Under the pieces are notes generated by a model. That model was not told the origin of the DNA and did not search any database. It saw only the letters and a program-made list of their open reading frames with translations. Of a stretch of 64,000 nt of DNA, positions 45,120 through 55,764 are shown piece after piece (position 1 is the stretch's first letter; each line of letters begins with the position of its first letter). The stretch is from an uncultured Erysipelotrichaceae bacterium (GTDB taxonomy: Bacteria; Bacillota_I; Bacilli_A; Erysipelotrichales; Erysipelotrichaceae). The stretch is taken from positions 2,502 to 66,501 of the forward strand of contig CALVGQ010000084.1 in assembly GCA_944327135.1 (NCBI GenBank), in the 5' to 3' direction. The translations under genes and the position numbers were made by a program.

Positions 45120-46034
45120 ATGACGCAAAAAATCAATCTTACGAAATTAGAAACAGAAAATCAAAATACACGGACGATGGAAATCGATACGTTTTCCACG
45201 CATGAAATTTTAAGTGTCATCAACAGTGAAGATCAGAAAGTAGCTCCGGCGGTAGAAAAAGCGATTCCTCAGATTGAAAAGCTGGTGGAGGCTATCGTTG
45301 ATCGTTTATCCAATGGAGGGCGTCTGTTTTATATCGGTGCGGGAACCTCTGGCCGTCTTGGCTTTTTGGACGCCGCAGAATGCCCGCCCACTTATGGAGT
45401 TTCCTATGAACTTGTTCAGGGCATTATGGCAGGGGGGTTTGAAGCCTTGTATAAAGCCAAAGAAGGGGCAGAGGATGATGCGGAGCTAGGGGTAACTGAC
45501 TGCAAAGAAAGAAATCTGTGTGAGAAAGACGTGCTGGTCGGTTTGGCTGCCAGCGGCAGAACGCCTTATGTTCTTGGAGCACTTCAGTATGCGAATTCCA
45601 TTGGGGCCTTTACCGGATCGATTGCCTGTGTCAGCGACAGTGAAATCGGAAAGGTTGCTCAGGTTGCAATCGAGGTTCTTCCTGGCCAGGAAGTGGTTAC
45701 TGGGTCGACACGAATGAAAGCAGGCACTTCACAAAAACTCATTTTGAACATGATTTCCACCGCATCGATGATCCGACTGGGGAAAGTTTATAACAATTTG
45801 ATGGTAGATGTGAAACCAACCAATATCAAATTGGTCAACCGTGCAAAAGGAATCATTCAGAAAGCAACGCAATGTTCTGAAGAAACGGCTTCCAAGGCAT
45901 TTGAAGAAGCAGGACAGTCATGCAAACTAGCGATTTTTATGATTTTATCAGAAATGAGCCGTGAAGAAAGTGAAAAAATACTTTCCGATTATCGCGGCCA
46001 TCTGAAGGAAGCCTTGCGCGCAATCGGAAAGTAG
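45120..46034 (+). CDS. murQ: N-acetylmuramic acid 6-phosphate etherase
   Basis: SIS-domain motifs YIGAGTSGRLGFLDAAECPPTYG and GLAASGRTPYV. 304 aa. Confidence 0.92.
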   Translation: MTQKINLTKLETENQNTRTMEIDTFSTHEILSVINSEDQKVAPAVEKAIPQIEKLVEAIVDRLSNGGRLFYIGAGTSGRLGFLDAAECPPTYGVSYELVQGIMAGGFEALYKAKEGAEDDAELGVTDCKERNLCEKDVLVGLAASGRTPYVLGALQYANSIGAFTGSIACVSDSEIGKVAQVAIEVLPGQEVVTGSTRMKAGTSQKLILNMISTASMIRLGKVYNNLMVDVKPTNIKLVNRAKGIIQKATQCSEETASKAFEEAGQSCKLAIFMILSEMSREESEKILSDYRGHLKEALRAIGK

Positions 46035-46037
46035 CAG

Positions 46038-46739
46038 TTAAATTTGATTTAAAATTTCAGTCAAGGTTGATGCATCTACTGCAACGTAGTGACCGTGATC
46101 GGCAAACTCTTGTTTGGCTGTCATGTGGATCTGCGTTGCTTTGCTTAAATCGAGAATTTTTCGAATATTATGAGCACGTACGCCGCCGCCGGGAAGAATT
46201 TTGATTCTTCCTTGGGCCTCTTCGATCATCTGACGCATTTGAATGCACCCGGATTCGATATCGGGGTAACGGCTTCCGCCGCTGGTCAGGATGCGGTCGA
46301 TCCCCAAATCAAGACATGCGCTAAAGGCTTGATGCAAATCTGCACATTGGTCAAAGGCTTTATGAAATACAGCTTCTTTTCCGAAACGATGAATCAATTC
46401 GGTCATTGATTTTGTACGCAGGCGATCGATTGAATTGTCGGCAGTAAGAAATCCAAAAACAATTCCATCGGCTCCGTGATTAAGCAGAATTTCCGCATCC
46501 ATCAGCATTGTCTTGAATTGTTCCTGAGAATAAACAAAACCAGCGGTTCTAGGGCGAACCATGCAGCAGACAGGAAGCGGAATCGCTTCTTTGGTTCGAA
46601 TTAAGGTGGCTAAAGAGGGAGTGAGGCCTCCCAGCTCCAAAGCACTGTTGAGCTCGATTCGATCGGCTCCATGCTGCCAAGCGGTAAGACAGTCATCAAA
46701 TGACCCGCAGCAGACTTCAATTTTGATTCCATTTTTCAT
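46038..46739 (-). CDS. cutC: CutC family protein (TIM barrel)
   Basis: IEVCCGSFDDCLTAWQHGADRIELNSALELGGLTPS at the N-terminus. Confidence 0.85.
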   Translation of the reverse strand: MKNGIKIEVCCGSFDDCLTAWQHGADRIELNSALELGGLTPSLATLIRTKEAIPLPVCCMVRPRTAGFVYSQEQFKTMLMDAEILLNHGADGIVFGFLTADNSIDRLRTKSMTELIHRFGKEAVFHKAFDQCADLHQAFSACLDLGIDRILTSGGSRYPDIESGCIQMRQMIEEAQGRIKILPGGGVRAHNIRKILDLSKATQIHMTAKQEFADHGHYVAVDASTLTEILNQI

Positions 46740-46791
46740 TGTATCACCCGCTATCAGTATAGCATATTCAAAATAAGGAGAGAAAATAAGA

Positions 46792-47922
46792 ATGATTCTT
46801 CAAAGCAAACATGTTTGGCTGAACGAGCAATTGGTTCCGGCTCAGGTGGAAATTGAGGGAGGCCGGATCGTTGCCATCCACGATTATAACCAAAAAAAGG
46901 TGGATGAAGATCTTGGTGAGCTTTGGCTTTTGCCAGGTCTGATCGATCTTCATTGTCATGGATTTAATGGAATGGATCTAAACTACGCCACACGGGAAGG
47001 AATTGAGCATTGGTGCCGCTGTTTACCGAAAGAAGGCGTTACTTCATTTATGGCGACAACTTCAACCGCTCCTGAAGAAAATCTGCTTCAGTCTTTTGCA
47101 CTGATTGCAGAAATGATCAAAGCTCGTCCCGAGGGTGCAGAAATTCTTGGAATTCATGTAGAAGGACCGCAGATTTCTTTTGAGTTTAAAGGCGCACATA
47201 ATCCGTATCTGATTCAGAAACCGGATCCGCAGCAATTCGATCGTTATCAAAAAGCAGCTTGCGGACAAATCAAAATGATCTGCATAGCACCAGAGATGGA
47301 TCCGGATCATGCATTAATTCGCTATTGCTCCCAGCAGGGAATAAAAGTCGCGCTGGGACACACAGGAGCTCAATATGAAGAATGTGTTCAGGCGATGAAC
47401 GATGGAGCGACCAGCTTTACACATACGTTCAATGGGATGCGCGGATTGCATCATCGGGAACCAGGAACGGCCGGAGCGGCTCTTGCTTTGGATAAGATGT
47501 ATGCGGAACTGATTTGTGATGGCGTCCATGTTCATTTTGCTGTGGCTAAAACGGTGGCTAGGATGAAAGGGAAAGATAAGTTGATTCTAATTACCGACAG
47601 CGTCCAGATCAAAGGATTGAAACCGGGAATCTATGAAATGCCGGGCCGATGGGTCCAAGTTGGTGAAGATGGATGTGGCAGGCTAAAAGATGGACGTTTG
47701 GCAGGCAGTTCAAATCAATTAATTACGATGGTCAAGAATTGCTGGAAAACTCTGGAAGCTCCTTTGGCAACAGCCATTAATGCTGCAACCATCAACCCAG
47801 CTCGCTATTTGGGACTGAGCTCCAAAGGGTTGATTCAGAAAGACTATGATGCGGATCTGATTGCGGTCGATTCGGAGTTTGGTTTGCATCAAACTTGGAT
47901 TGCCGGGAAAAAGATGCTTTAA
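46792..47922 (+). CDS. nagA: N-acetylglucosamine-6-phosphate deacetylase
   Basis: LLPGLIDLHCHGFNG metal-binding motif, ALGHTGA and FNGM motifs. Confidence 0.92.
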   Translation: MILQSKHVWLNEQLVPAQVEIEGGRIVAIHDYNQKKVDEDLGELWLLPGLIDLHCHGFNGMDLNYATREGIEHWCRCLPKEGVTSFMATTSTAPEENLLQSFALIAEMIKARPEGAEILGIHVEGPQISFEFKGAHNPYLIQKPDPQQFDRYQKAACGQIKMICIAPEMDPDHALIRYCSQQGIKVALGHTGAQYEECVQAMNDGATSFTHTFNGMRGLHHREPGTAGAALALDKMYAELICDGVHVHFAVAKTVARMKGKDKLILITDSVQIKGLKPGIYEMPGRWVQVGEDGCGRLKDGRLAGSSNQLITMVKNCWKTLEAPLATAINAATINPARYLGLSSKGLIQKDYDADLIAVDSEFGLHQTWIAGKKML

Positions 47923-48100
47923 ATTTTCAGGATCAAGCTTGTTTAAGATCGTCTAATGTCGTAAATTTAAAAAAAGGATGTCCTGACAGAAGAGGCCTGT
48001 TCTTTGTTAGATTTGCACTAACTTTGAAAAGGCAGCATAAAGTCAGGACATTTTTGCTTGTCTATAGGAGTGAAGCGGCGTCTTTCTGGATGCAGTTGTT

Positions 48101-48712
48101 TCAGTCTTGTGTACAATCGAGGTGCAACTTTTTTCGAATCTGCAAAATCGTTTCTTCCGCAGTTGTCATTTGCTGAACAGTCATTCCCAATGCTTCAGCA
48201 GCAGCCAGATTGACTGGTCGGTCATCAACGAAAAGCACTTCTTCTGGAAGAACCTGAAGCCGCTGCAATTGAATTTTGAAAATCTCAGGATCTGGCTTGA
48301 TTCGATGCCAGCGCCAAGAATACAAGGGCAGCTCAAATTCACGAAGAAAAGGATAATGCTTTAAAATATACGGTTCTGATTTTTCAGGCATATTGGAAAG
48401 AATTGAAATTCGGAAATTTTTTTTCAGCTCCATAGCGAAGGCATCCATTTTTTCAATTGGCTGAAGCAGTTCCATATATGTTGAGAAAACCAAATCGATT
48501 TCTTCTTTTAATTCAGGGGCTTCCTTTAGAAAAGCGTCAATCAGCTCAGCCTCACTATAAAGGCCTTGATCATAGTGCTGCCAATATTTTGTATGAAATA
48601 AAAGATCCATCGTTTTTTTCCAGCGTTCCGGGGCCATCCGAGTTTGGTAGTAAGGTTCTGGATCAAAGGTCAAAAGAACCTGACCCACATCAAAAAGTAC
48701 AGTTGTAATCAT
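48101..48712 (-). CDS. HAD family hydrolase (subfamily IA-like)
   Basis: Motifs VLFDVGQVLL and FVDDRPVN. Start ATG 48712 follows an AGGGAGA RBS. The track ORF extending to 49003 is an upstream extension that overlaps the divergent gene. Confidence 0.8.
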   Translation of the reverse strand: MITTVLFDVGQVLLTFDPEPYYQTRMAPERWKKTMDLLFHTKYWQHYDQGLYSEAELIDAFLKEAPELKEEIDLVFSTYMELLQPIEKMDAFAMELKKNFRISILSNMPEKSEPYILKHYPFLREFELPLYSWRWHRIKPDPEIFKIQLQRLQVLPEEVLFVDDRPVNLAAAEALGMTVQQMTTAEETILQIRKKLHLDCTQD

Positions 48713-48787
48713 TGTTTTTCTCCCTTTGTTTTGAGTATAGCATGAATCAGTCAAACGCGTTATAATATTTTCAAGAAAGTGGGGGAC

Positions 48788-50479
48788 ATGATGAAAACAA
48801 GCTATACCTATGATCATTATTATCGCTACCAGGAAATAACTGATATTCTTCAGAATTATGCTGACAAGCATCCCGATAAAGTACGGTTGAGTTCGCTGGC
48901 TAAAACGGAAGAAGGACGTGATGTATGGCTGATTGAGATTACGGATCGGTCTACGGGAGATTTCATGGACAAACCGGCCTATTGCCTGGATGCGAATATT
49001 CATGCAGGTGAAGTCACTGGGTCCATGGTAGCCATGTATTTTTTAGACACAGTGATGAGCAATCTGGAAGAGCCGGAAATTGCCTCCATGCTTCGCGAGG
49101 TGACTTTATATGTGATTCCGCGGATCACTCCGGATGGATCGGAATGTTATCTGACGACTTCTGAGCAGCTGCGTTCTGTTAACCGGCCTTATCCTTTTGA
49201 TGAAGTGATGCCAGGTTTAATACCGGCAGATCTTGATGGAGATGGCGTGATTCGAAAGATGCGGATCAAGAGTCCATATGGCGCCTGGAAAAAATGTCCA
49301 GACGATGACCGTCTGATGCTGAAACGGCGGCCGGATGATTTGGATGGGGAATTTTACAATGTTTTTCAAGAAGGCTGGATCGAAGATTTTGATGGGTTAA
49401 ACATTGAGCCTGCTCCGGCGAAATGGGGCAATGATTTCAACCGTAATTTTCCATGCAATTGGGCTTCAGAAAATGTTCAGCGCGGAGCTGGCAAATACCC
49501 GCTTGCTCATCCAGAAACACGTGCTTTGGCCGATTTTATTCAGTCCCATGACAACATTGGCAGCATTGTGAATATGCATACGATGGGCGGTCAGGTTTTG
49601 TTTCCACCAGGACTAAAATCTGCTAAGCAAGCGGATCGTAAAGATATGGAACGCTATCGGGTTATCGGGAAAATGGCAACTGAGGAGAACACCTTTCCGG
49701 TGCTGAATGTTAAAGATGAATATTGTCAGGAAGGAACACCGGGCTTATCTGGCTTGTTTGATGATTTTAATCATTTTCAGATGGGATTGGTAAACTATAC
49801 GATTGAATGCTGGGATCTGAACCCAAAAATCGGAGTTGAGCCCGTCTGGCCGCCAAAGGAATCAATCAGCGATGAAGAACAGGAAGAAAATGCCCGTAAG
49901 CTGGTCCAATGGGTTGATGAGCAGTTGGGTGGGGAAGGAATCCAGCCGTGGACCCCTTTTGATCATCCACAGCTGGGTGAAGTCGAAATCGGCGGTATTG
50001 ACTATAAAACCGTCATTCAGAACTGTCCAATCAAGTTTCTTCCTCAAGAGGTAGAAAAGCATACTCGTTTTCTGCTTCGCCAGATCAAAACACTGCCCCG
50101 TCTGATTTTTACTGAACTAAAAACAGAGCGAGTTAATGAAGAAGTTGTACGAATTGAAGCGACTATTGCGAATCGCAGCTATCTTCCGACTTACATTACC
50201 GCAGAAGGGCTGAAATTGAAAACGGCGAAAGAAATTGAAGTGACGCTGGAAGGGGAAATGATTGAACTGATCGAAGGAAAAAAAACACAGAAAATCGGTC
50301 ATTTGGAAGGTTTCAGCGGAATTGAGGCGACGCTGTCTCATACTGGCCCGCAAAGCGTAATTCGTCGTCCTTGTGCTAAACGGGTCAGCTGGGTCATTAA
50401 GGCTAAAGAGGGAGCGCTGATTACTTTGAAAGCCTTCAGTAATAAAACCGGAAAAATTCAAGCGCAAATTGAATGCTAG
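48788..50479 (+). CDS. M14 family zinc carboxypeptidase
   Basis: N-terminal YDHYYRYQEITDILQNYADKHP and the zinc motif DANIHAGEVTGS (HxxE). Confidence 0.82.
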   Translation: MMKTSYTYDHYYRYQEITDILQNYADKHPDKVRLSSLAKTEEGRDVWLIEITDRSTGDFMDKPAYCLDANIHAGEVTGSMVAMYFLDTVMSNLEEPEIASMLREVTLYVIPRITPDGSECYLTTSEQLRSVNRPYPFDEVMPGLIPADLDGDGVIRKMRIKSPYGAWKKCPDDDRLMLKRRPDDLDGEFYNVFQEGWIEDFDGLNIEPAPAKWGNDFNRNFPCNWASENVQRGAGKYPLAHPETRALADFIQSHDNIGSIVNMHTMGGQVLFPPGLKSAKQADRKDMERYRVIGKMATEENTFPVLNVKDEYCQEGTPGLSGLFDDFNHFQMGLVNYTIECWDLNPKIGVEPVWPPKESISDEEQEENARKLVQWVDEQLGGEGIQPWTPFDHPQLGEVEIGGIDYKTVIQNCPIKFLPQEVEKHTRFLLRQIKTLPRLIFTELKTERVNEEVVRIEATIANRSYLPTYITAEGLKLKTAKEIEVTLEGEMIELIEGKKTQKIGHLEGFSGIEATLSHTGPQSVIRRPCAKRVSWVIKAKEGALITLKAFSNKTGKIQAQIEC

Positions 50480-50505
50480 GGCATGCATAGGCATGCCTTT
50501 TTCAA
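50478..50505 (+). terminator. intrinsic terminator after the M14 peptidase gene
   Basis: GGCATGC-ATAG-GCATGCC followed by TTTTTC. Confidence 0.75.
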
Positions 50506-50583
50506 TTTTATGAAAAAGGCTGATGAAACCGCTTGAAACATCATGAAAGCCAGTGTAAAATTATTTCATTGGAGGATGGATTT

Positions 50584-52539
50584 ATGGAGAAAATTACAAC
50601 CGAATTGTTTCGAAAGTACCGTATTCCGGGAGCGGTCCAATGGTCACCGAATGCTGAACGGGCGGCTTTGGTGCTACAAACTGTGAATGGGGAAGAAGAT
50701 ACCTATAATAACAATATTTGGGTCATGGAAAACGAGCAGTTCCGTCAGGTTACTGGTTTTGACAAGGAAAGCAGTTTTATCTGGGATGATGATACGACCC
50801 TGCTGTTTCCGACACTGCGTCAAAAAAGCGATCAGAAAAAAGTAGAAGAGGGAGAAGAACTCACTGTCTTCTATCGGCTGAATCTGGAAGGCGGGGAAGC
50901 GGTGGAAGCATTCCGACTGCCGCTTCGGGTCAGTAAAATCGAAAAAATCAAAGAAGGGAAATATCTGATTCTTGCCCGTTGCGATGCCAATGTTCCGGAT
51001 TATTATCAGATGAGTGAAGAAGAACGTCGAAAAGTTCAGGAAGATCGAAAGAAAAATGCCGATTTTCCGGTTTTGGATGAAGCGCCTTTCTGGAGCAATG
51101 GAACGGTAGGCTTTGTCAATAAAATTCGGACGCGCTTATTTTTCTATGAGGAAAAAGAAAATTGCTTAACGGCCGGCAGTGCACCATTGGTTCAGGTAGG
51201 AAGCACAGCAGTCATCGGGGATGAAATTTATTACTGCGGAACCGAATATTCAGCCAAAGTTCCGCTTCCAAACGATGTCTGGTGTTTTGATACAGTTTCT
51301 AAAACAGTTCGTCAGGTTTATAAGAATGATCGTTTTTATAATCGTGCTCAATCGATTGCGGCCCTTGATGATCAGCTGATTTTTATGGCATCGACCATTG
51401 AAAAATGGGGACAGAACACTCATCCTGATTTCTGGATCATGGATAAACAAAGCGGTGAATTGCAGTTGATGCATGAGGCAGATTATTCTTTTTATGATCT
51501 TAAACAGCGTACTGGAAGATTAATTTTTAATGGTCAATGCCGAATTTCTACTAATCTTTTTGAAGTCACTCCATCCAAAATTCAGCAGCTGACGGAATGG
51601 GATGGTCAGATTACCAGTTTTGATGAATGCTGCGGGAAAATCATCCTGATCGGAAAACAGGGAACTTGTCTGGATGAAGTTTATCTGGTAGATGAGACCA
51701 AGACCCCGCGGCGCATCAGTCATTTCAATGATGAACTGCTGAAGGACCGTTATGTTGGTGCCTGCGAGCCAATCACTATTTCTAGCCATGATTGGGAAGT
51801 TGATGGCTGGGTGATTAAACCAATTGATTTTGACCCAAACAAACGTTATCCAGCAATTCTGACGATTCACGGAGGACCTAAAGGAGCTTATCGCGGTGTG
51901 TATGCGCATGAAATGCAACAATGGGCTTCGGAAGGATATTTTGTTTTATTCTGCAATCCGATCGGTTCAGATGGGCGCGGTAATCAGTTTGCCGAGATCC
52001 GAAAGCTGCATGGTACGGTCGATTATGAAGACATCATGAACTTTACGGATGAGGTATTGCGCCGATATCCACAGATTGATGAACGGCGTATGGGCGTTAC
52101 TGGCGTCTCTTACGGTGGCTATATGACTAACTGGATCATTGGTCATACTCATCGTTTTGCGGCAGCTAGCAGCCAATGTTCTGTTGTGAACTGGGTTTCG
52201 ATGTATGGTGTTTCTGATATCAGCATGCATTTTGTTCCGGATCAAATGGATGGTTCGATTTTTGATTCCATTGAAACGTATTGGGATCATTCCCCACTGA
52301 AATATGCTTGCAATGTTACGACCCCGACGCTGTTTATTCAGCCTTTAGAAGACTATCGCTGTCATTTGTCTGATGGACTTCAGATGATTACGGCCTTGAT
52401 TGACCGAGGAGTAGAAACGCGAGTCTGCTGCTTTAAGGGCGATCATCATGGTCTAAATGCGATGGGCAAGCCATCTCATCGAGAACGTTCCTACCAAGAA
52501 ACCTTAAACTGGATGAATGCGCATTTGAAAAACAATTGA
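50584..52539 (+). CDS. S9 family serine peptidase, paralog of 2764-4770
   Basis: Collinear similarity to the first S9 gene throughout (FYRLNLEGGEAVEAFRLPL vs FYTLSLTGGEAQKAFTLPL). Nucleophile motif GVSYGGYM. Start ATG 50584 follows a GGAGGA RBS. Confidence 0.88.
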   Translation: MEKITTELFRKYRIPGAVQWSPNAERAALVLQTVNGEEDTYNNNIWVMENEQFRQVTGFDKESSFIWDDDTTLLFPTLRQKSDQKKVEEGEELTVFYRLNLEGGEAVEAFRLPLRVSKIEKIKEGKYLILARCDANVPDYYQMSEEERRKVQEDRKKNADFPVLDEAPFWSNGTVGFVNKIRTRLFFYEEKENCLTAGSAPLVQVGSTAVIGDEIYYCGTEYSAKVPLPNDVWCFDTVSKTVRQVYKNDRFYNRAQSIAALDDQLIFMASTIEKWGQNTHPDFWIMDKQSGELQLMHEADYSFYDLKQRTGRLIFNGQCRISTNLFEVTPSKIQQLTEWDGQITSFDECCGKIILIGKQGTCLDEVYLVDETKTPRRISHFNDELLKDRYVGACEPITISSHDWEVDGWVIKPIDFDPNKRYPAILTIHGGPKGAYRGVYAHEMQQWASEGYFVLFCNPIGSDGRGNQFAEIRKLHGTVDYEDIMNFTDEVLRRYPQIDERRMGVTGVSYGGYMTNWIIGHTHRFAAASSQCSVVNWVSMYGVSDISMHFVPDQMDGSIFDSIETYWDHSPLKYACNVTTPTLFIQPLEDYRCHLSDGLQMITALIDRGVETRVCCFKGDHHGLNAMGKPSHRERSYQETLNWMNAHLKNN

Positions 52540-52550
52540 GTGGGAATAAA

Positions 52551-52580
52551 AAAGCCGACTTTCTTACAGTCGGTTTTTTC
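52551..52580 (+). terminator. intrinsic terminator after the S9 paralog
   Basis: AAAAGCCGACT / AGTCGGTTTT followed by TT. Confidence 0.8.
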
Positions 52581-52676
52581 TGCCCTGGGCCAGGGAGTAT
52601 CGAATAGCATAAATTGAACTTTGCACCGAAACTTCAGAATTATAAGGTAAAAAGAACTGAATAGATTGAGCTGTAA

Positions 52677-52716
52677 AGAAAAAGCTTTCTGCTTAGGATA
52701 AGCAGGAAGCTTTTTC
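52677..52716 (-). terminator. intrinsic terminator of purA
   Basis: 16-bp stem AAAAGCTTTCTGCTTA / TAAGCAGGAAGCTTTT. A T-run follows on the minus strand. Confidence 0.8.
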
Positions 52717-52730
52717 ATAGATATTAGCAA

Positions 52731-54026
<1,296 letters not shown>

Positions 54027-54101
54027 TTAAATCCGTGTCTATTCTATCATAGTTGTTCGTTCAGGGACAGCTCTATTTGATGAAATTTTTGAGCTTGAGA
54101 T

Positions 54102-54130
54102 TTGATAATAAGACTGCTTCCAGGTATAAT
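54102..54130 (+). promoter_or_regulatory. sigma-A promoter of the mrp-like gene
   Basis: TTGATA, a 17-nt spacer, then TATAAT. Confidence 0.55.
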
Positions 54131-54154
54131 AAAGAATGTGAAAGAAGGGGTTTT

Positions 54155-54979
54155 ATGTCAGAAAACTGTAATCATCACTGCGCTTCCTGCAGTGCGAACT
54201 GTTCAGAAAGAACACAGGAATCGCTGTTAGTCAAACCAAATCCAAAAAGTAAAATCCGAAAGATTATCGGTGTTATCAGTGGAAAGGGCGGAGTGGGAAA
54301 AAGCCTAGTCACATCTATGCTGGCAGTGGCGGCTCAACGAAGCGGGAAAAAGGCGGCAATTTTGGATGGCGATATTACCGGACCTTCGATTGCGAAGGTA
54401 TTTGGAATTCATCAGAGTGCTTATGGAACCGAAGAGGGGATCCTTCCGGCTTTGACAGCGACAGGAATTCAGATCATGAGCACCAATCTGCTGCTGGAAG
54501 AAGAAACACAGCCGGTGCTTTATCGGGGACCGATTTTAGCCTCGATGGTGAAGCAGTTTTATACAGATGTGATCTGGGATGATGTGGATGTGATGTTTGT
54601 GGATATGCCGCCGGGAACTGGAGATGTAGCATTGACTGTTTTTCAGTCGCTTCCAATTGATGGAATTGTGATGGTGACTTCGCCGCAGGAACTGGTTGGA
54701 ATGATTGTTGAAAAAGCAGTCAACATGGCTAAGATGATGGAGATTCCAGTATTGGGAATCATTGAAAATATGAGCTATTTGGAGTGTGAAGAATGTCATC
54801 ACCGGATTGAGGTATTTGGTCCAAGCCATGTGGAAGAAATCGCTGGACGGTATGGATTGAGCGTTCTTGGTAAGCTTCCGATTGATCCGCTTTTTGCTGG
54901 TCTTTGCGATGCGGGCAATATTGAGAGTATTCCGGAAAATTACGGGAAGGAAATTTTAGCAGCACTTTCACTGGATTGA
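54155..54979 (+). CDS. Mrp/ApbC/NBP35-family P-loop ATPase (Fe-S cluster carrier) with an N-terminal Cys-rich segment
   Basis: Deviant Walker A motif SGKGGVGKS, CEECHH (CxxC), and N-terminal CNHHCASCSANC. Start ATG 54155. Confidence 0.85.
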   Translation: MSENCNHHCASCSANCSERTQESLLVKPNPKSKIRKIIGVISGKGGVGKSLVTSMLAVAAQRSGKKAAILDGDITGPSIAKVFGIHQSAYGTEEGILPALTATGIQIMSTNLLLEEETQPVLYRGPILASMVKQFYTDVIWDDVDVMFVDMPPGTGDVALTVFQSLPIDGIVMVTSPQELVGMIVEKAVNMAKMMEIPVLGIIENMSYLECEECHHRIEVFGPSHVEEIAGRYGLSVLGKLPIDPLFAGLCDAGNIESIPENYGKEILAALSLD

Positions 54980-55092
54980 ATAGGTTTATGAGGCGCTGAT
55001 AGAACAGATCAGCGCCTTTTTGAAGAATCCATACTGAAATTCACAGAGACTTCACAGAAATAACGTACAGTTAACAAAACGAGGTGAGGAAC

Positions 55093-55764
55093 GTGGCAAA
55101 AATACTCGTAGTGGATGATGAATTAAAAATTCGCGAGATGATTTGTAAATATGCAAAATATGAGGGATTTGAAACAGAAGAAGCCAGTGATGGACAGTCA
55201 GCTGTAAATATGGTGCTGGCTGCAGATTATGACTGTGTAGTGATGGACATCATGATGCCAGGAATGGATGGGTTTACGGCCTGTCGAATGATTAAAAAAG
55301 AAAAAGATGTACCGATTATCTTGCTTTCTGCCCTGGGTGAGGAATATGACAAGATCCATGGCTTTGATCTGGGCGTCGATGATTATGTGGTCAAACCGTT
55401 TTCCTGCAAAGAATTGATGATGCGGATTCATGCGATTTTAAAGCGGGTCAATCAGAAAAAAGAAGAAGATGTCTTCATCTTGGATGGGCTGCGAATCGAT
55501 TTCACAGCTCGGATTGTTACAATCGATCAGCAGCCGATCCAGCTTTCCCCTAAAGAATATGAACTGCTTTTTTACTTGGTAAAAAATCGGGGGATTGCTT
55601 TGACGCGGGAAAAACTGCTTCAAAATGTCTGGGGATATGATTTTTTTGGCGATGACCGGACGCTGGATACGCATATCAAGCTTTTGCGGCGGAATCTGAA
55701 AGAATACAGCCGTTATATCGTCACGCTCAGAGGGGTAGGGTATCGTTTTGAAAAAGCCGATTAG
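55093..55764 (+). CDS. OmpR-family response regulator
   Basis: Receiver domain (ILVVDDE ... VMDIMMPGMDG) followed by a winged-helix domain (LRGVGYRF). I propose a GTG start at 55093. Confidence 0.9.
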   Translation: MAKILVVDDELKIREMICKYAKYEGFETEEASDGQSAVNMVLAADYDCVVMDIMMPGMDGFTACRMIKKEKDVPIILLSALGEEYDKIHGFDLGVDDYVVKPFSCKELMMRIHAILKRVNQKKEEDVFILDGLRIDFTARIVTIDQQPIQLSPKEYELLFYLVKNRGIALTREKLLQNVWGYDFFGDDRTLDTHIKLLRRNLKEYSRYIVTLRGVGYRFEKAD

